Position numbers and translations under genes: made by a program. Positions 35,048 to 44,759 of a stretch of DNA of 50,757 bases are shown here, one piece after another. Source of the stretch: Clostridiales bacterium (GTDB lineage Bacteria; Bacillota; Clostridia; Saccharofermentanales; Saccharofermentanaceae). The stretch lies in assembly GCA_017513085.1 (NCBI GenBank), contig JAFWDK010000036.1, forward strand, positions 1-50,757, written 5' to 3'. How positions within the stretch are numbered: the stretch's first letter is position 1; the number at the start of each line of letters is the position of its first letter. Below the pieces are notes generated by a model. The model was not told the origin of the DNA and did not search any database. It saw only the letters and a list, made by a program, of their open reading frames with translations.

Positions 35048-36922
35048 ATGTGTGGAATCGTTGGATACGTTGGACCGGAACAGGCAGCTCCGATCCTGAT
35101 CGAAGGACTGACCAAGCTGGAATACCGAGGCTATGACTCTGCAGGTATCTGCGTCCGTGACGGAGAAAAGAATGCGGAAGTCATCAAGACGTTGGGTAAG
35201 ATCAAGAATCTCATCGAGAGAACGGATGCCGGCCGCGCCGTCCATGGCACATGCGGAATCGGACACACCCGTTGGGCGACCCACGGCGCACCGAGCCAGC
35301 TGAATGCACATCCTCACGTATCCGGTAACGATATCCTCACCGGCTCCGGTGTTGTGGAATCCGAAGTGGTGGGTGTCCATAACGGCATCATCGAGAATTT
35401 CCAGGAACTGAAAGCCAAACTTGAGCGGCACGATTATCACTTCTATTCTCAGACCGATACGGAAGTCCTGATCAAACTCGTGGACTACTACTACAAGAAA
35501 TACAAGAACGGTCCGATCGATGCTATTGCCAAGACGATCGTTCGTGTGCGCGGTTCTTATGCCTTGGCCGTCATGTTCAAGGATATCCCCGGCAAGATCT
35601 TCGTTGCCCGTAAGGATTCCCCAATGATCATCGGTGTCAATGACAACGAAACTTTCCTGGCTTCCGATGTTCCGGCGATCCTGAGCTATACGAGAAACGT
35701 ATACTATGTCGGAAATCTCGAGATGGCAGAGCTTTCCGATGGCAAGGTCACGTTCTATAATCTTGACGGTGATGTCGTGCAAAAAGAACTGACCAAGATC
35801 GATTGGGATGCGGAGGCTGCTCAGAAGGGCGGTTTTGAGCATTTCATGATGAAAGAGATCCATGAGCAGCCGAAGGCCGTTGATGATACTCTTCACAAGT
35901 ACATCAAGATCGATGGTGAGAAGAAGCATATAGACCTTTCTGAACTGGGTGATTTCACCGGCAAGATCGCGGACTTCTCCAGGATCTACATTGTTGCCTG
36001 CGGTTCCGCATGGCATGTCGGCATGGAAGCCAAGTATGTTTTCGAGGATTTCTGTGATATCCCGATCAGTGTTGAACTTGCATCCGAGTTCCGCTACAGC
36101 AAGGCGAAACTTGATCCGCAGGCTCTGGTCATTATCATTTCCCAATCCGGTGAGACGGCGGATTCGCTGGCCGCGCTACGTATGGCGAAAGAGAAAGGCC
36201 TGGCTACGCTGGCGATCGTCAACGTGGTGGGAAGTTCGATAGCTAGAGAAGCAGATCACGTGATGTATACTGTGGCCGGACCGGAGATCTCCGTGGCAAC
36301 GACCAAAGCTTACAGCTGTCAGCTGGTCTGCACGTTTATGCTGGCTTTGGAATTTGCACGTATCCGCGCTTCTTTAGAGAACTATGAGAAATTGATCGAT
36401 GAACTGCTTTCTCTTCCGGACAAGATGAGCAAGACCCTTGAAGACAAAGAACGAATCCAGTGGTTCGCAGCAAAATATGCAAATGCCCACGATATCTTCT
36501 TTATCGGTCGAGGCATAGACTATTCCATCTGCCTGGAAGGTTCTTTGAAAATGAAAGAGATCAGTTATATCCATTCCGAGAGCTATGCTGCCGGCGAACT
36601 GAAACACGGAACCATCTCTTTGGTTGAAGACGGCACACTGGTGATCGGCGTGCTGACACAGAGCGATCTTTATGAAAAAACACTGAGCAATATGCTGGAG
36701 TGCAAGAGCCGTGGCGCCTACCTCATGGGCGTAACGTCTTACGGTAAATACGATGTGGAAGATAACGTAAACTTCTCTGTTTATGTTCCGAAGATCGACG
36801 AGCATTTTGCCGGAAGCCTGGCGATCATTCCGCTACAGCTTCTTGGCTACTACATCAGTGTCTCCAAAGGCCTCGATGTGGATAAGCCGAGAAACCTCGC
36901 TAAGAGTGTCACGGTGGAGTGA
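35048..36922 (+). CDS. glmS: Glutamine--fructose-6-phosphate aminotransferase
   Basis: MCGIVG, LEYRGYDSAG, GHTRWATHG, SQSGETAD, GELKHG and PRNLAKSVTVE motifs. Confidence 0.97.
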   Translation: MCGIVGYVGPEQAAPILIEGLTKLEYRGYDSAGICVRDGEKNAEVIKTLGKIKNLIERTDAGRAVHGTCGIGHTRWATHGAPSQLNAHPHVSGNDILTGSGVVESEVVGVHNGIIENFQELKAKLERHDYHFYSQTDTEVLIKLVDYYYKKYKNGPIDAIAKTIVRVRGSYALAVMFKDIPGKIFVARKDSPMIIGVNDNETFLASDVPAILSYTRNVYYVGNLEMAELSDGKVTFYNLDGDVVQKELTKIDWDAEAAQKGGFEHFMMKEIHEQPKAVDDTLHKYIKIDGEKKHIDLSELGDFTGKIADFSRIYIVACGSAWHVGMEAKYVFEDFCDIPISVELASEFRYSKAKLDPQALVIIISQSGETADSLAALRMAKEKGLATLAIVNVVGSSIAREADHVMYTVAGPEISVATTKAYSCQLVCTFMLALEFARIRASLENYEKLIDELLSLPDKMSKTLEDKERIQWFAAKYANAHDIFFIGRGIDYSICLEGSLKMKEISYIHSESYAAGELKHGTISLVEDGTLVIGVLTQSDLYEKTLSNMLECKSRGAYLMGVTSYGKYDVEDNVNFSVYVPKIDEHFAGSLAIIPLQLLGYYISVSKGLDVDKPRNLAKSVTVE

Positions 36923-36973
36923 TTTTCGAGAACATCCGACCGGATAGGAAAAATTAGTAGAACGCTTCACGCA

Positions 36974-37002
36974 TTGTCCGCAATTAGGAAGAGTATTATA
37001 AT
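36974..37002 (+). promoter_or_regulatory. Sigma-A promoter for the CofE-like gene
   Basis: TTGTCC-17 bp-TATAAT. Confidence 0.6.
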
Positions 37003-37058
37003 AGAAGCGTTGTGTATTAATGCGCCCTTTTTGCGCGAGAAAATAGGAGGTCATGAAT

Positions 37059-38252
37059 ATGGCAGAACGTAGAGTGGGAACCATTTCCAGAGGTATCAGA
37101 TGTCCGATCATCAGACAAGGAGACGATCTTTCCAAGATCGTGACCGATTCTGTGATCGAGGCGGCAGAAGCGGAGGGTTTCTCGCTCCGTGACAGAGATG
37201 TCATAGCCATGACAGAATCTATCGTTGCACGTTCTCAGGGCAACTACTGCTCCGTACAGGATATTGCGGACGATGTGAAAGCGAAGCTGGGCGGTGAGAC
37301 GGTCGGCGTGATCTTCCCGATCCTTTCCAGAAACCGTTTTGCGATCTGCCTTCGCGGTATTGCCAAGGGCTGCAAGAAGATCGTCCTGATGCTTTCCTAT
37401 CCTTCTGATGAGGTCGGAAACTGTCTGGTCAGCCTCGATAAGATCGATGAGGCAGGCGTAAATCCGTATAGCGATGTGCTTTCTCTCGAGAAGTACAGAG
37501 AGCTTTTCGGTGAGAACAAGCATGAGTTCACAGGCGTGGATTATGTAGCTTACTACGGTGACCTGATCCGTGAGATGGGCTGCGAAGTGGAGATCATTTT
37601 CGCCAATCAGGCCAAAGCGATCCTGGATTATACAAAGAACGTCATTAACTGTGACATCCATACCCGTGCAAGAACCAAGAGAATTCTTCTTGCTGCCGGC
37701 GCCGAGCGTGTTTTCGGTCTCGATGAGATCATGAACGCTCCGGTCAACGGAAGCGGATGCAACGAGAAATACGGCCTTCTGGGTTCCAATAAAGCAACAG
37801 AGGATCAGGTCAAGCTCTTCCCGAGAGAGTGCAAGGATCTGGTTCTGAAAGTACAGCAGAACATCCTGGAGAGAACAGGAAAGCATGTCGAAGTCATGGT
37901 TTACGGCGACGGCGCTTTCAAGGATCCGCAGGGTAAGATCTGGGAACTGGCCGATCCGGTCGTATCTCCGGCTTTTACAGACGGTTTGATTGGTACACCG
38001 AACGAATTGAAACTGAAGTATCTTGCAGATAACGAGTTTGCAGGCCTTTCCGGTGAAGATTTGAAGAAAGCGATCTCCGACAGCATCAAGGCAAAGGACG
38101 CCAATCTTGTCGGTAAGATGGCCAGCGAAGGTACCACACCTCGTCAGCTGACAGATTTGATCGGTTCGCTTTGCGACCTGACTTCCGGTTCGGGTGATAA
38201 GGGAACACCGGTCGTACTGGTTCAGGGATATTTCGATAACTACACGAACTGA
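37059..38252 (+). CDS. Coenzyme F420-0:L-glutamate ligase-like (CofE fold) protein
   Basis: PIIRQGDDL, TESIVARSQG and C-terminal DLIGSLCDLTSGSGDKGTPVVLVQGY; AGGAGG RBS. Confidence 0.8.
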   Translation: MAERRVGTISRGIRCPIIRQGDDLSKIVTDSVIEAAEAEGFSLRDRDVIAMTESIVARSQGNYCSVQDIADDVKAKLGGETVGVIFPILSRNRFAICLRGIAKGCKKIVLMLSYPSDEVGNCLVSLDKIDEAGVNPYSDVLSLEKYRELFGENKHEFTGVDYVAYYGDLIREMGCEVEIIFANQAKAILDYTKNVINCDIHTRARTKRILLAAGAERVFGLDEIMNAPVNGSGCNEKYGLLGSNKATEDQVKLFPRECKDLVLKVQQNILERTGKHVEVMVYGDGAFKDPQGKIWELADPVVSPAFTDGLIGTPNELKLKYLADNEFAGLSGEDLKKAISDSIKAKDANLVGKMASEGTTPRQLTDLIGSLCDLTSGSGDKGTPVVLVQGYFDNYTN

Positions 38253-38268
38253 TGGAAGCGTGATCTCA

Positions 38269-39810
38269 TCAGGATTCGTCTAAAACATACATGCTGAAAT
38301 AAGAAATACCTAAGCCACCGTCGAGTTCGTAAGTTTGGTATTCGTGATATCCACAGTCTGAAAGATAGCTGCGGAGAGAGTCATTATAGGCTTGATCATC
38401 TCGAATGACCCATACGACCACGGTGGCTTTTTGCGCCTTGACTATGGATAATTGCTTCTCATAAAGATCGGTATTTTTGATCGGTGGAGTATAGAATTCC
38501 CGAAAATCAGGCACTTCCGGAAGATAATTGCTATATATCGGTTCGCAAAGTGACCTTAGAAAAAGCACTTGTGCCTGGGGATGTTTCTGTGCATATTCTT
38601 CTATTTTGGTTTCGACGCTTGACTTCTCGGACGGAACGAAAGGAGTTGTCGCAACCTGCAGCCCGACAAGTCCGATCAGAATGATGGACAAAACGACCGG
38701 TAGCAGGCAAGAGTTCTTTTCGCGTTTGAAAAGACTGAAAACGAAACCGGAAAGCCAATCCGTTCCATAAAGATAGAAGGGGACGAAAACGATGTAAAAA
38801 TATCCGAATACATAGGAATAGGTGAGAATCGCCATAACGATGAATGCAAGAATGAGTTCGAGGATCTTAGTGGCAGTAAGAAGTCTCTTCTTTATATCGT
38901 GCAATAGTGCGCCAAGTGTCAGAAGAAGAAAGACAGAGAGTGTGTTCTTGACCTGTTTGTTGATGAGAACCTTGGATAAGTAAAAGAATCTGTCTCTGGT
39001 GGTGGAGTATCTTGCGTTATAGACAATATAGGCGTTGAAGAACTCTTTCAAGTTGTTTAGTAATACCATCGAAAGTACGATCGGGAGGCAAACAGCAGCT
39101 ATTCCGCCGAGAAATACGCCAACCGAAGCGAAGAATTCTTTGGGCTTCTTTTGGATAATTAACCAAAGAAAATATAAGCCGATGAAAGCCAGATAAAAGA
39201 GGCAGATATTAAGCTTCATCATGAAAACCATGCCACACATCAGCCCAATCACGAACAGTGCACGGTGGCTGATATGATCAAAAACCTCACCTTTTTTCCT
39301 GTGCGTTTCTTTAACGAAGAGATATACGGAAACCATCAGAGGCGCCAGAAGGAGCGCATCTGGTTTGGACATGGTGAAAAAAATGCTGTTGACAGAGTAA
39401 GTGGAAATAAAGATCGTCAAAACGGTTGCTAGAAAGGAATGCTCAGCATTACGAAAGACGCGGATGGTCTTATAGCAGAATATAAATGAAATAAAGTTAA
39501 AAATGTTGACGATGATCCAGGCACCCCAATCCGCATTGCGGGAAAAGAAGTATCCAAGCGAGAAAATGTAGTGAACCAAAGGCCCTTTGTGATCGAAGAG
39601 ATCCAGATATGGGATTTTTCCTGCAAGAAGACCGCGTGCCATGATTCGATAGCATACTGCATCCATATCATAAACATAGCGGAAACGTGGGGAATATGGA
39701 GAAAGGAGAAAGCTTAAGAACAGAAGGAGTACACACAAAATAGAAGAGTACATCCGATCCTTCGAGATTCTGTCGTCTTTGCGAGCAGTCATGATACCAG
39801 AAAAACTCAA
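38269..39810 (-). CDS. Integral membrane GT-C glycosyltransferase (ArnT/PMT-like)
   Basis: D..CY...ARGLL.GKIPYLDLFDHKGP loop motif; about 10 or more TMs; AT-richer than neighbours; start uncertain (39810 or 39792). Confidence 0.75.
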   Translation of the reverse strand: MSFSGIMTARKDDRISKDRMYSSILCVLLLFLSFLLSPYSPRFRYVYDMDAVCYRIMARGLLAGKIPYLDLFDHKGPLVHYIFSLGYFFSRNADWGAWIIVNIFNFISFIFCYKTIRVFRNAEHSFLATVLTIFISTYSVNSIFFTMSKPDALLLAPLMVSVYLFVKETHRKKGEVFDHISHRALFVIGLMCGMVFMMKLNICLFYLAFIGLYFLWLIIQKKPKEFFASVGVFLGGIAAVCLPIVLSMVLLNNLKEFFNAYIVYNARYSTTRDRFFYLSKVLINKQVKNTLSVFLLLTLGALLHDIKKRLLTATKILELILAFIVMAILTYSYVFGYFYIVFVPFYLYGTDWLSGFVFSLFKREKNSCLLPVVLSIILIGLVGLQVATTPFVPSEKSSVETKIEEYAQKHPQAQVLFLRSLCEPIYSNYLPEVPDFREFYTPPIKNTDLYEKQLSIVKAQKATVVVWVIRDDQAYNDSLRSYLSDCGYHEYQTYELDGGLGISYFSMYVLDES

Positions 39811-39953
39811 AACTTTCCCCCCTACTTAATACTGAAATTTAGAGTCTTTATGTCAAGAAACAATTATATCATATGGTTGCAAATGAAAGATGACTGTCCA
39901 TGCGCCCTTTTGCAAAAGAGTGCAGAATATGCTGAAGATTCCTTTTGACGAAG

Positions 39954-39982
39954 TTGTCGCTATAGAAGAAGAGTATTATAAT
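39954..39982 (+). promoter_or_regulatory. Sigma-A promoter for the flippase-like gene
   Basis: TTGTCG-17 bp-TATAAT. Confidence 0.6.
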
Positions 39983-40019
39983 ATCTGTAACCTTATTACA
40001 TGAACTGATCGGAGAGGTC

Positions 40020-41108
40020 ATGCTCAAGAAGAAAATACCATGGATGATACTTTTTCTCGTGTTGATGGTCCTTAGCATATGGGCGGTCGTTTCACGAAGT
40101 GGAAGTTATTCATTAGATCTTCTAAAACAAACTATCCGGAATGCAAAAACAGGCTGGCTGATCGTCGCTTGCTTAGGTATGCTCTGCAACATTCTCTTTG
40201 AAGGTTTCGCACTGGACGTATTGGTCAATGCGATCACCAAAGAAGAACACACTCCGAAGATCAAGAGTCACGGACTATTATATTCCGCTGCGGATATTTA
40301 TTTTTCCGCCATCACGCCGTCCGCTTCCGGCGGGCAGCCGGCCAGTGCTTTTTTCATGAGCCGTGACGGAATTTCTATGGCACAGTCGGCAGTCATTCTT
40401 GTTACAAACGTATTCCTTTATACGATTTCTCTGGTTCTGATCGGCCTGATCGGCTTTGCGATCTGCCCGGCAGTCTTCTTCCGATTTGATACGCTGGCCA
40501 AAGTGTTTATCATTCTTGGTGGTTTTTTTCTGGTAGGATTAAGCGTTTTCTTTATACTGGTTCTCAGGAAAGAACAATGGGTCAAGCATTTTTCGGTGAC
40601 GTGCATTAATCTGGGCGCGAAGCTCCATATTATCAGAAAAAAAGATGTGCTTCTGGGCAAAGTCGACAAGGCGATCGCGCAGTACAAAGCATGCGCAGGT
40701 GTCGTCACCAACGAACAGGTCGAGATGCTGAAGGCTTTTGCGTTTAACTTCCTGCAAAGAGTCTCGCTTCTTAGCACCACAGTACTTGTTTATCTTGCTT
40801 TCGGAGGTTCCTATACATATCTTCCGGAAGTCATCAGTGTTCAGGCTTTGGTTCTGGTGGGTGTGTACAGTTTGCCGATTCCGGGCGGTATGGGCGTGGC
40901 CGATTACCTTCTGATCAACGGACTGACATTTATTCCGGATGTGGCAAGTCCGGCTAACCTTGAACTGATCAGCCGTGGAATCTCCTTCTATTGCTGCATC
41001 ATTCTCGCGATCATCATCGTGATCATCGGCTATATCCGACAGAATCACCATATCAAAAAGATTAAGGCAGCAAGGGCAACGGCTGACGGCGCAGAGGGAC
41101 GACGCTAA
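40020..41108 (+). CDS. Lysylphosphatidylglycerol synthase TM-region (UPF0104, flippase-like) protein
   Basis: YFSAITPSASGGQP, PIPGGMG and SRGISFY motifs; multi-TM. Confidence 0.85.
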   Translation: MLKKKIPWMILFLVLMVLSIWAVVSRSGSYSLDLLKQTIRNAKTGWLIVACLGMLCNILFEGFALDVLVNAITKEEHTPKIKSHGLLYSAADIYFSAITPSASGGQPASAFFMSRDGISMAQSAVILVTNVFLYTISLVLIGLIGFAICPAVFFRFDTLAKVFIILGGFFLVGLSVFFILVLRKEQWVKHFSVTCINLGAKLHIIRKKDVLLGKVDKAIAQYKACAGVVTNEQVEMLKAFAFNFLQRVSLLSTTVLVYLAFGGSYTYLPEVISVQALVLVGVYSLPIPGGMGVADYLLINGLTFIPDVASPANLELISRGISFYCCIILAIIIVIIGYIRQNHHIKKIKAARATADGAEGRR

Positions 41109-41141
41109 CCGCAGAAAAGTAATATTTCATCTTTCTAAATC

Positions 41142-41190
41142 AAAAGCTCTGAAGTGTCCCTTTCGGGTCCGCTTCAGAGCTTCTCTGTTT
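41142..41190. terminator. Bidirectional terminator between convergent genes
   Basis: AAGCTCTGAAG (41144-41154) / CTTCAGAGCTT (41172-41182) hairpin with A/T-rich flanks. Confidence 0.7.
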
Positions 41191-41212
41191 TTGAAAGAAT
41201 ACAGATCGGACA

Positions 41213-42847
41213 TCAGTCCTGGTTTTCGAAAGCGACCAGATACTCCTCACCATACATCTTACGAAGCTTCGGCTTCTCGATCTTTCCGGTCGCGTTACGG
41301 AGTACCGGTGCGAAGATGATCTTTCTCGGTCTCTTGTATCTTGGCAACTGCAGGCAGAAGTCGTTGACTTCCTCTTCTGTCAGGCTCATGCCTTCCTTGA
41401 CCTCGATGATCGCGCCGGCGATCTCGCCCTGACGCTTGTCCGGAAGACCGATGACAGCGACGTCCTTGATCTTGTCGTTCTTCATGATGAAATCTTCGAT
41501 CTCGACAGGGTAGAGGTTCTCACCACCGGAGATGATAACGTCTTTCTTTCTGTCCACGAGATAGATGAAACCATCCTCGTCCTGACGGCCCATATCACCG
41601 GTCAGCAACCAGCCGTCCTTAAGAACTTCTGCAGTCGCTTCCGGATTGTTGTAGTAGCATTCCATAACACCGTTGCCCTTGACGCAGAGCTCTCCGACTT
41701 CCCCCTGCTTGACGATGTTACCGTTCTCGTCGATGATCTTGCATTCCCAGCCATAACCCGGGATGCCGATGGCACCGACTTTCTCAACATTCTCCACACC
41801 GAGATGTACGCAACCAGGTCCGATCGACTCGGAAAGACCATAGTTGGTGTCGTACTGGTGATTCGGGAAATAGGCCAGCCATCTCTTGATCAGAGACTTC
41901 GGAACCGGCTGTGCACCGATGTGCATCAGTCTCCACTGATCCAGCTGATAATCCGAGATCTTCACGTCTCCACGGTCCAGCGCGTCCAGAATGTCCTGTG
42001 CCCACGGAACCAGAAGCCATACGATCGTGCAATGCTCGGTCGAGACTGCGTCCAAAATGTATTTCGGCTTCGTGCCACGAAGAAGGACTGCGCGCGAACC
42101 CGCAACAAGACTTCCCATCCAGTGCATCTTGGCACCTGTGTGATAAAGCGGCGGGATGCAGAGGAAACAGTCCTCACGGGATGTGCTGTGGTGCTTCTGC
42201 TCAACGGTTGCAGCGTGCATCAGGCTTCTGTGACGATGCAGGATCGCCTTCGGGAAACCGGTTGTTCCGGAACTGAAGTAGATTGCGCCGAAATCGTCAT
42301 CCGTGATGTCGATGTTCGGACGGGTACTTGAATAATCACCGGTGATCAATCTATAATCCTCGGCAAAAGACGGACACTGCTCGCCTACAAAGATAAGAGC
42401 ACGGTTCTTGTGGAGTGCCGGCTCGATGTTTTCGATACGGCTGACAAATTCGGGTCCGAAAAACAGGATGTCGAGTTCAGCAAGGTTGGAACAGTAAAGG
42501 ATCTCATCGGAAGTGTAACGGAAGTTGAGCGGAACAGCCAGTGCACCGGTCTTCAGGATACCGAAATAGATCGGAAGCCATTCCAGACAGTTCATCATGA
42601 GGATGCCGATCTTGTTGCCCTTCTTAATTCCTCGGGAAAGGAGCATATTAGCCAGACGGTTGGCTTTCTCATCAAAGACTTTCCAGGTGATCTGACGGCG
42701 GTAAGCCTGTGTCTTGGTCGGCTGGATCAATTCATATTCTTTCCAGGTGACACGGCCGATCTCCTGCTGCTCCGGGTTTAACTCCACCAGAGCAACCTCA
42801 TCACCATATAAATCTGCATTTCTTTCAAGATACTCAGTAATAGGCAT
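41213..42847 (-). CDS. AMP-binding acyl-CoA synthetase (class I adenylate-forming enzyme)
   Basis: YFSSGTTGFPK, YGLSE, TGD, DRKKDVIISGGEN and GKI motifs; start MPITEY after AAGGAG. Confidence 0.93.
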   Translation of the reverse strand: MPITEYLERNADLYGDEVALVELNPEQQEIGRVTWKEYELIQPTKTQAYRRQITWKVFDEKANRLANMLLSRGIKKGNKIGILMMNCLEWLPIYFGILKTGALAVPLNFRYTSDEILYCSNLAELDILFFGPEFVSRIENIEPALHKNRALIFVGEQCPSFAEDYRLITGDYSSTRPNIDITDDDFGAIYFSSGTTGFPKAILHRHRSLMHAATVEQKHHSTSREDCFLCIPPLYHTGAKMHWMGSLVAGSRAVLLRGTKPKYILDAVSTEHCTIVWLLVPWAQDILDALDRGDVKISDYQLDQWRLMHIGAQPVPKSLIKRWLAYFPNHQYDTNYGLSESIGPGCVHLGVENVEKVGAIGIPGYGWECKIIDENGNIVKQGEVGELCVKGNGVMECYYNNPEATAEVLKDGWLLTGDMGRQDEDGFIYLVDRKKDVIISGGENLYPVEIEDFIMKNDKIKDVAVIGLPDKRQGEIAGAIIEVKEGMSLTEEEVNDFCLQLPRYKRPRKIIFAPVLRNATGKIEKPKLRKMYGEEYLVAFENQD

Positions 42848-43072
42848 ATTCATGACTCCTTCAAAATTACTACAAAAACTACACGTAAAAAAACACGCCT
42901 CTATGAGTATAACAGGATTGTTTGAAAAAAGCACCCTTGCGCGGTAACAAATGTAATAGAAAAAGCCACCCGATACAGTAGCAGTGGGTGATTAAGCTAC
43001 GTTACGGGTGACTTCTTTGAAAAAACTGATGGTTACGACATTGCGCGACCTGGTGTGTTAGCTTGGTTGTAA

Positions 43073-43837
43073 TTAAATGTTCTTATTATAGATCTCCATG
43101 AGACCCTTCAGGATCAGATCCGGATCGTGGATGATCTTGTGCCGGCAATGTGGCAGGATGCGCGAGGCATATCTGCCTGTGGCGACAACCGTACATGGCT
43201 TGCCGTACTCTTCCTCGATACGGGCGATCATACCGTCGATCGCACACGCAGAGTAGAAGACTACGCCGCTTCGCATACTGTCGACAGTATTGGTGCCGAC
43301 AACTTTTTTAGGGGTCTCCATTGCCACGCAGGGAAGTTGCGAAGTCTTATCCGAAAGCACTTCAGATGCTACTCCGATTCCGGCGCTGATGGTCGTGCCA
43401 AGAAATGTCTTGGTATCGTCGATCAGGGAGATCGTGGTGGCAGTGCCCATATAGATGTTGATCTGCGGAACCGGATACTCTTTGATGCCGGCGACGGCGC
43501 ATACTACAAGATCACTGCCAAGTTGGGCCGGATTGTCGATGCGGATCTTGAGACCGGATTTGACTCCCGGACCGACTACGATAGGGGTGATTCCGAAGAA
43601 GCGCTCGATGGTGGCCTGCACTGTCGCGGTTACAGTCGGCACCACCGAAGAAATGATGGCTCCGTCGATCGTTTCTTCTTCAAGATCATGAACCTTGAGT
43701 GCAGTCTGCAAAAGAGTCATATACTCCAAGGTCGTGGAAGAACGATTCGTAGAGATCAGATCGGTAAACAGGATCTTCTTACCGGAAAAACCACCAAGAA
43801 ACGTATGGGTATTACCTATATCAAATGCGAGTACCAT
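43073..43837 (-). CDS. coaX: Type III pantothenate kinase
   Basis: FDIGNT, ISSVVP, LGSD, MGTATT, VATG and LILKGL motifs. Confidence 0.9.
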   Translation of the reverse strand: MVLAFDIGNTHTFLGGFSGKKILFTDLISTNRSSTTLEYMTLLQTALKVHDLEEETIDGAIISSVVPTVTATVQATIERFFGITPIVVGPGVKSGLKIRIDNPAQLGSDLVVCAVAGIKEYPVPQINIYMGTATTISLIDDTKTFLGTTISAGIGVASEVLSDKTSQLPCVAMETPKKVVGTNTVDSMRSGVVFYSACAIDGMIARIEEEYGKPCTVVATGRYASRILPHCRHKIIHDPDLILKGLMEIYNKNI

Positions 43838-43858
43838 AGGACACTCCTATTTCAGAGA

Positions 43859-44533
43859 TCAAGCTTTCGCGGATTCTTTTTTATCGCCTTTGCGGAATAC
43901 AGGGCCATTGAAAGGCAGCAATCCGGCCTTGAAAAGAGCAAAACCGATCGCACCGGTGATGACGCACCCTGCGGCTGCTTCGATGATGGCGTTTACACCG
44001 ACAAAAGCGGCGAGGAACTTGCCCAGACCGGCGGTAGTGATGCCCCAGCTTTCCATTGTTTCGATGAACTTTGTGTTGTTCCAGAAAAAAGTGATCAGAC
44101 AGCCCATGAAAAGAATGGTATTAAAGAGAGCAGCGCAAAGACCGGTGATCGCACAGCCGATAAACTGACCGGCGCTGTTGCTAAAACGATTGAAGATCAA
44201 TTTGCCGATCAGACCCGCCAGGAAACCTGCCAAGGCACGGGCAACGATACACATTACGAAACAGAAAAAAGGATTCAGTTCGAAGATGAACGTACCAAAT
44301 GCGTCGGCTCCGAAGCACTGTACGAAACTGGTGATGCCGAAAAGCGTACCAAGAAGTGCACCGGCAACCGGTCCGAGTGCGATAGCACCCAGTGCTACCG
44401 GAATCATTAAAAGTGAAATAGAGATTGCGCCAACCTTAAGATATCCGAGAGGCGTAAATGCCATGATCAAGAGAAGTGCGCTTAAGATACCCATCAATGC
44501 GATGGCTCGTGTTTTTTGAGTTTGCTTTTTCAT
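43859..44533 (-). CDS. panT: ECF transporter S component, probably pantothenate-specific (PanT-like)
   Basis: MAFTPLGYL, IPVALGAI..GP..GA..G..FG and NTILFM motifs; co-transcribed with coaX. Confidence 0.8.
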   Translation of the reverse strand: MKKQTQKTRAIALMGILSALLLIMAFTPLGYLKVGAISISLLMIPVALGAIALGPVAGALLGTLFGITSFVQCFGADAFGTFIFELNPFFCFVMCIVARALAGFLAGLIGKLIFNRFSNSAGQFIGCAITGLCAALFNTILFMGCLITFFWNNTKFIETMESWGITTAGLGKFLAAFVGVNAIIEAAAGCVITGAIGFALFKAGLLPFNGPVFRKGDKKESAKA

Positions 44534-44577
44534 ATCAAACCCTCCTTCGTTATTATTCCCGAAACGGGATACAATTA

Positions 44578-44704
44578 CTTGCCGGGCTTTTCTGCTGCAT
44601 ACACACTACTGTCAGGTTCATACCGCGATACCTGCAAAATGAGTGTCACACAAGCAAAAGGTTGCCGACGGATCGATTATACAATACAATTTCATTTCTG
44701 TCAC
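44578..44704 (-). promoter_or_regulatory. Promoter and structured 5' leader of panT-coaX (candidate cis-regulatory RNA)
   Basis: Minus-strand GTGACA (44704-44699), 17 bp, TATAAT (44681-44676). Nested pairings CUUUUGC/GCAGAAAAG, ACACU/AGUGU and CAGGU/ACCUG. Confidence 0.55.
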
Positions 44705-44759
44705 TTTTTCGTATCATTTATGCTTTACAATGCAGAGTATAAGAAAATAGGATAGACAT

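Noticed and set aside
33926-36145. 739-aa minus-strand ORF
   Set aside because: Antisense to purA and glmS, which are unambiguous.
43127-44410. 427-aa plus-strand ORF
   Set aside because: Antisense to coaX and panT.
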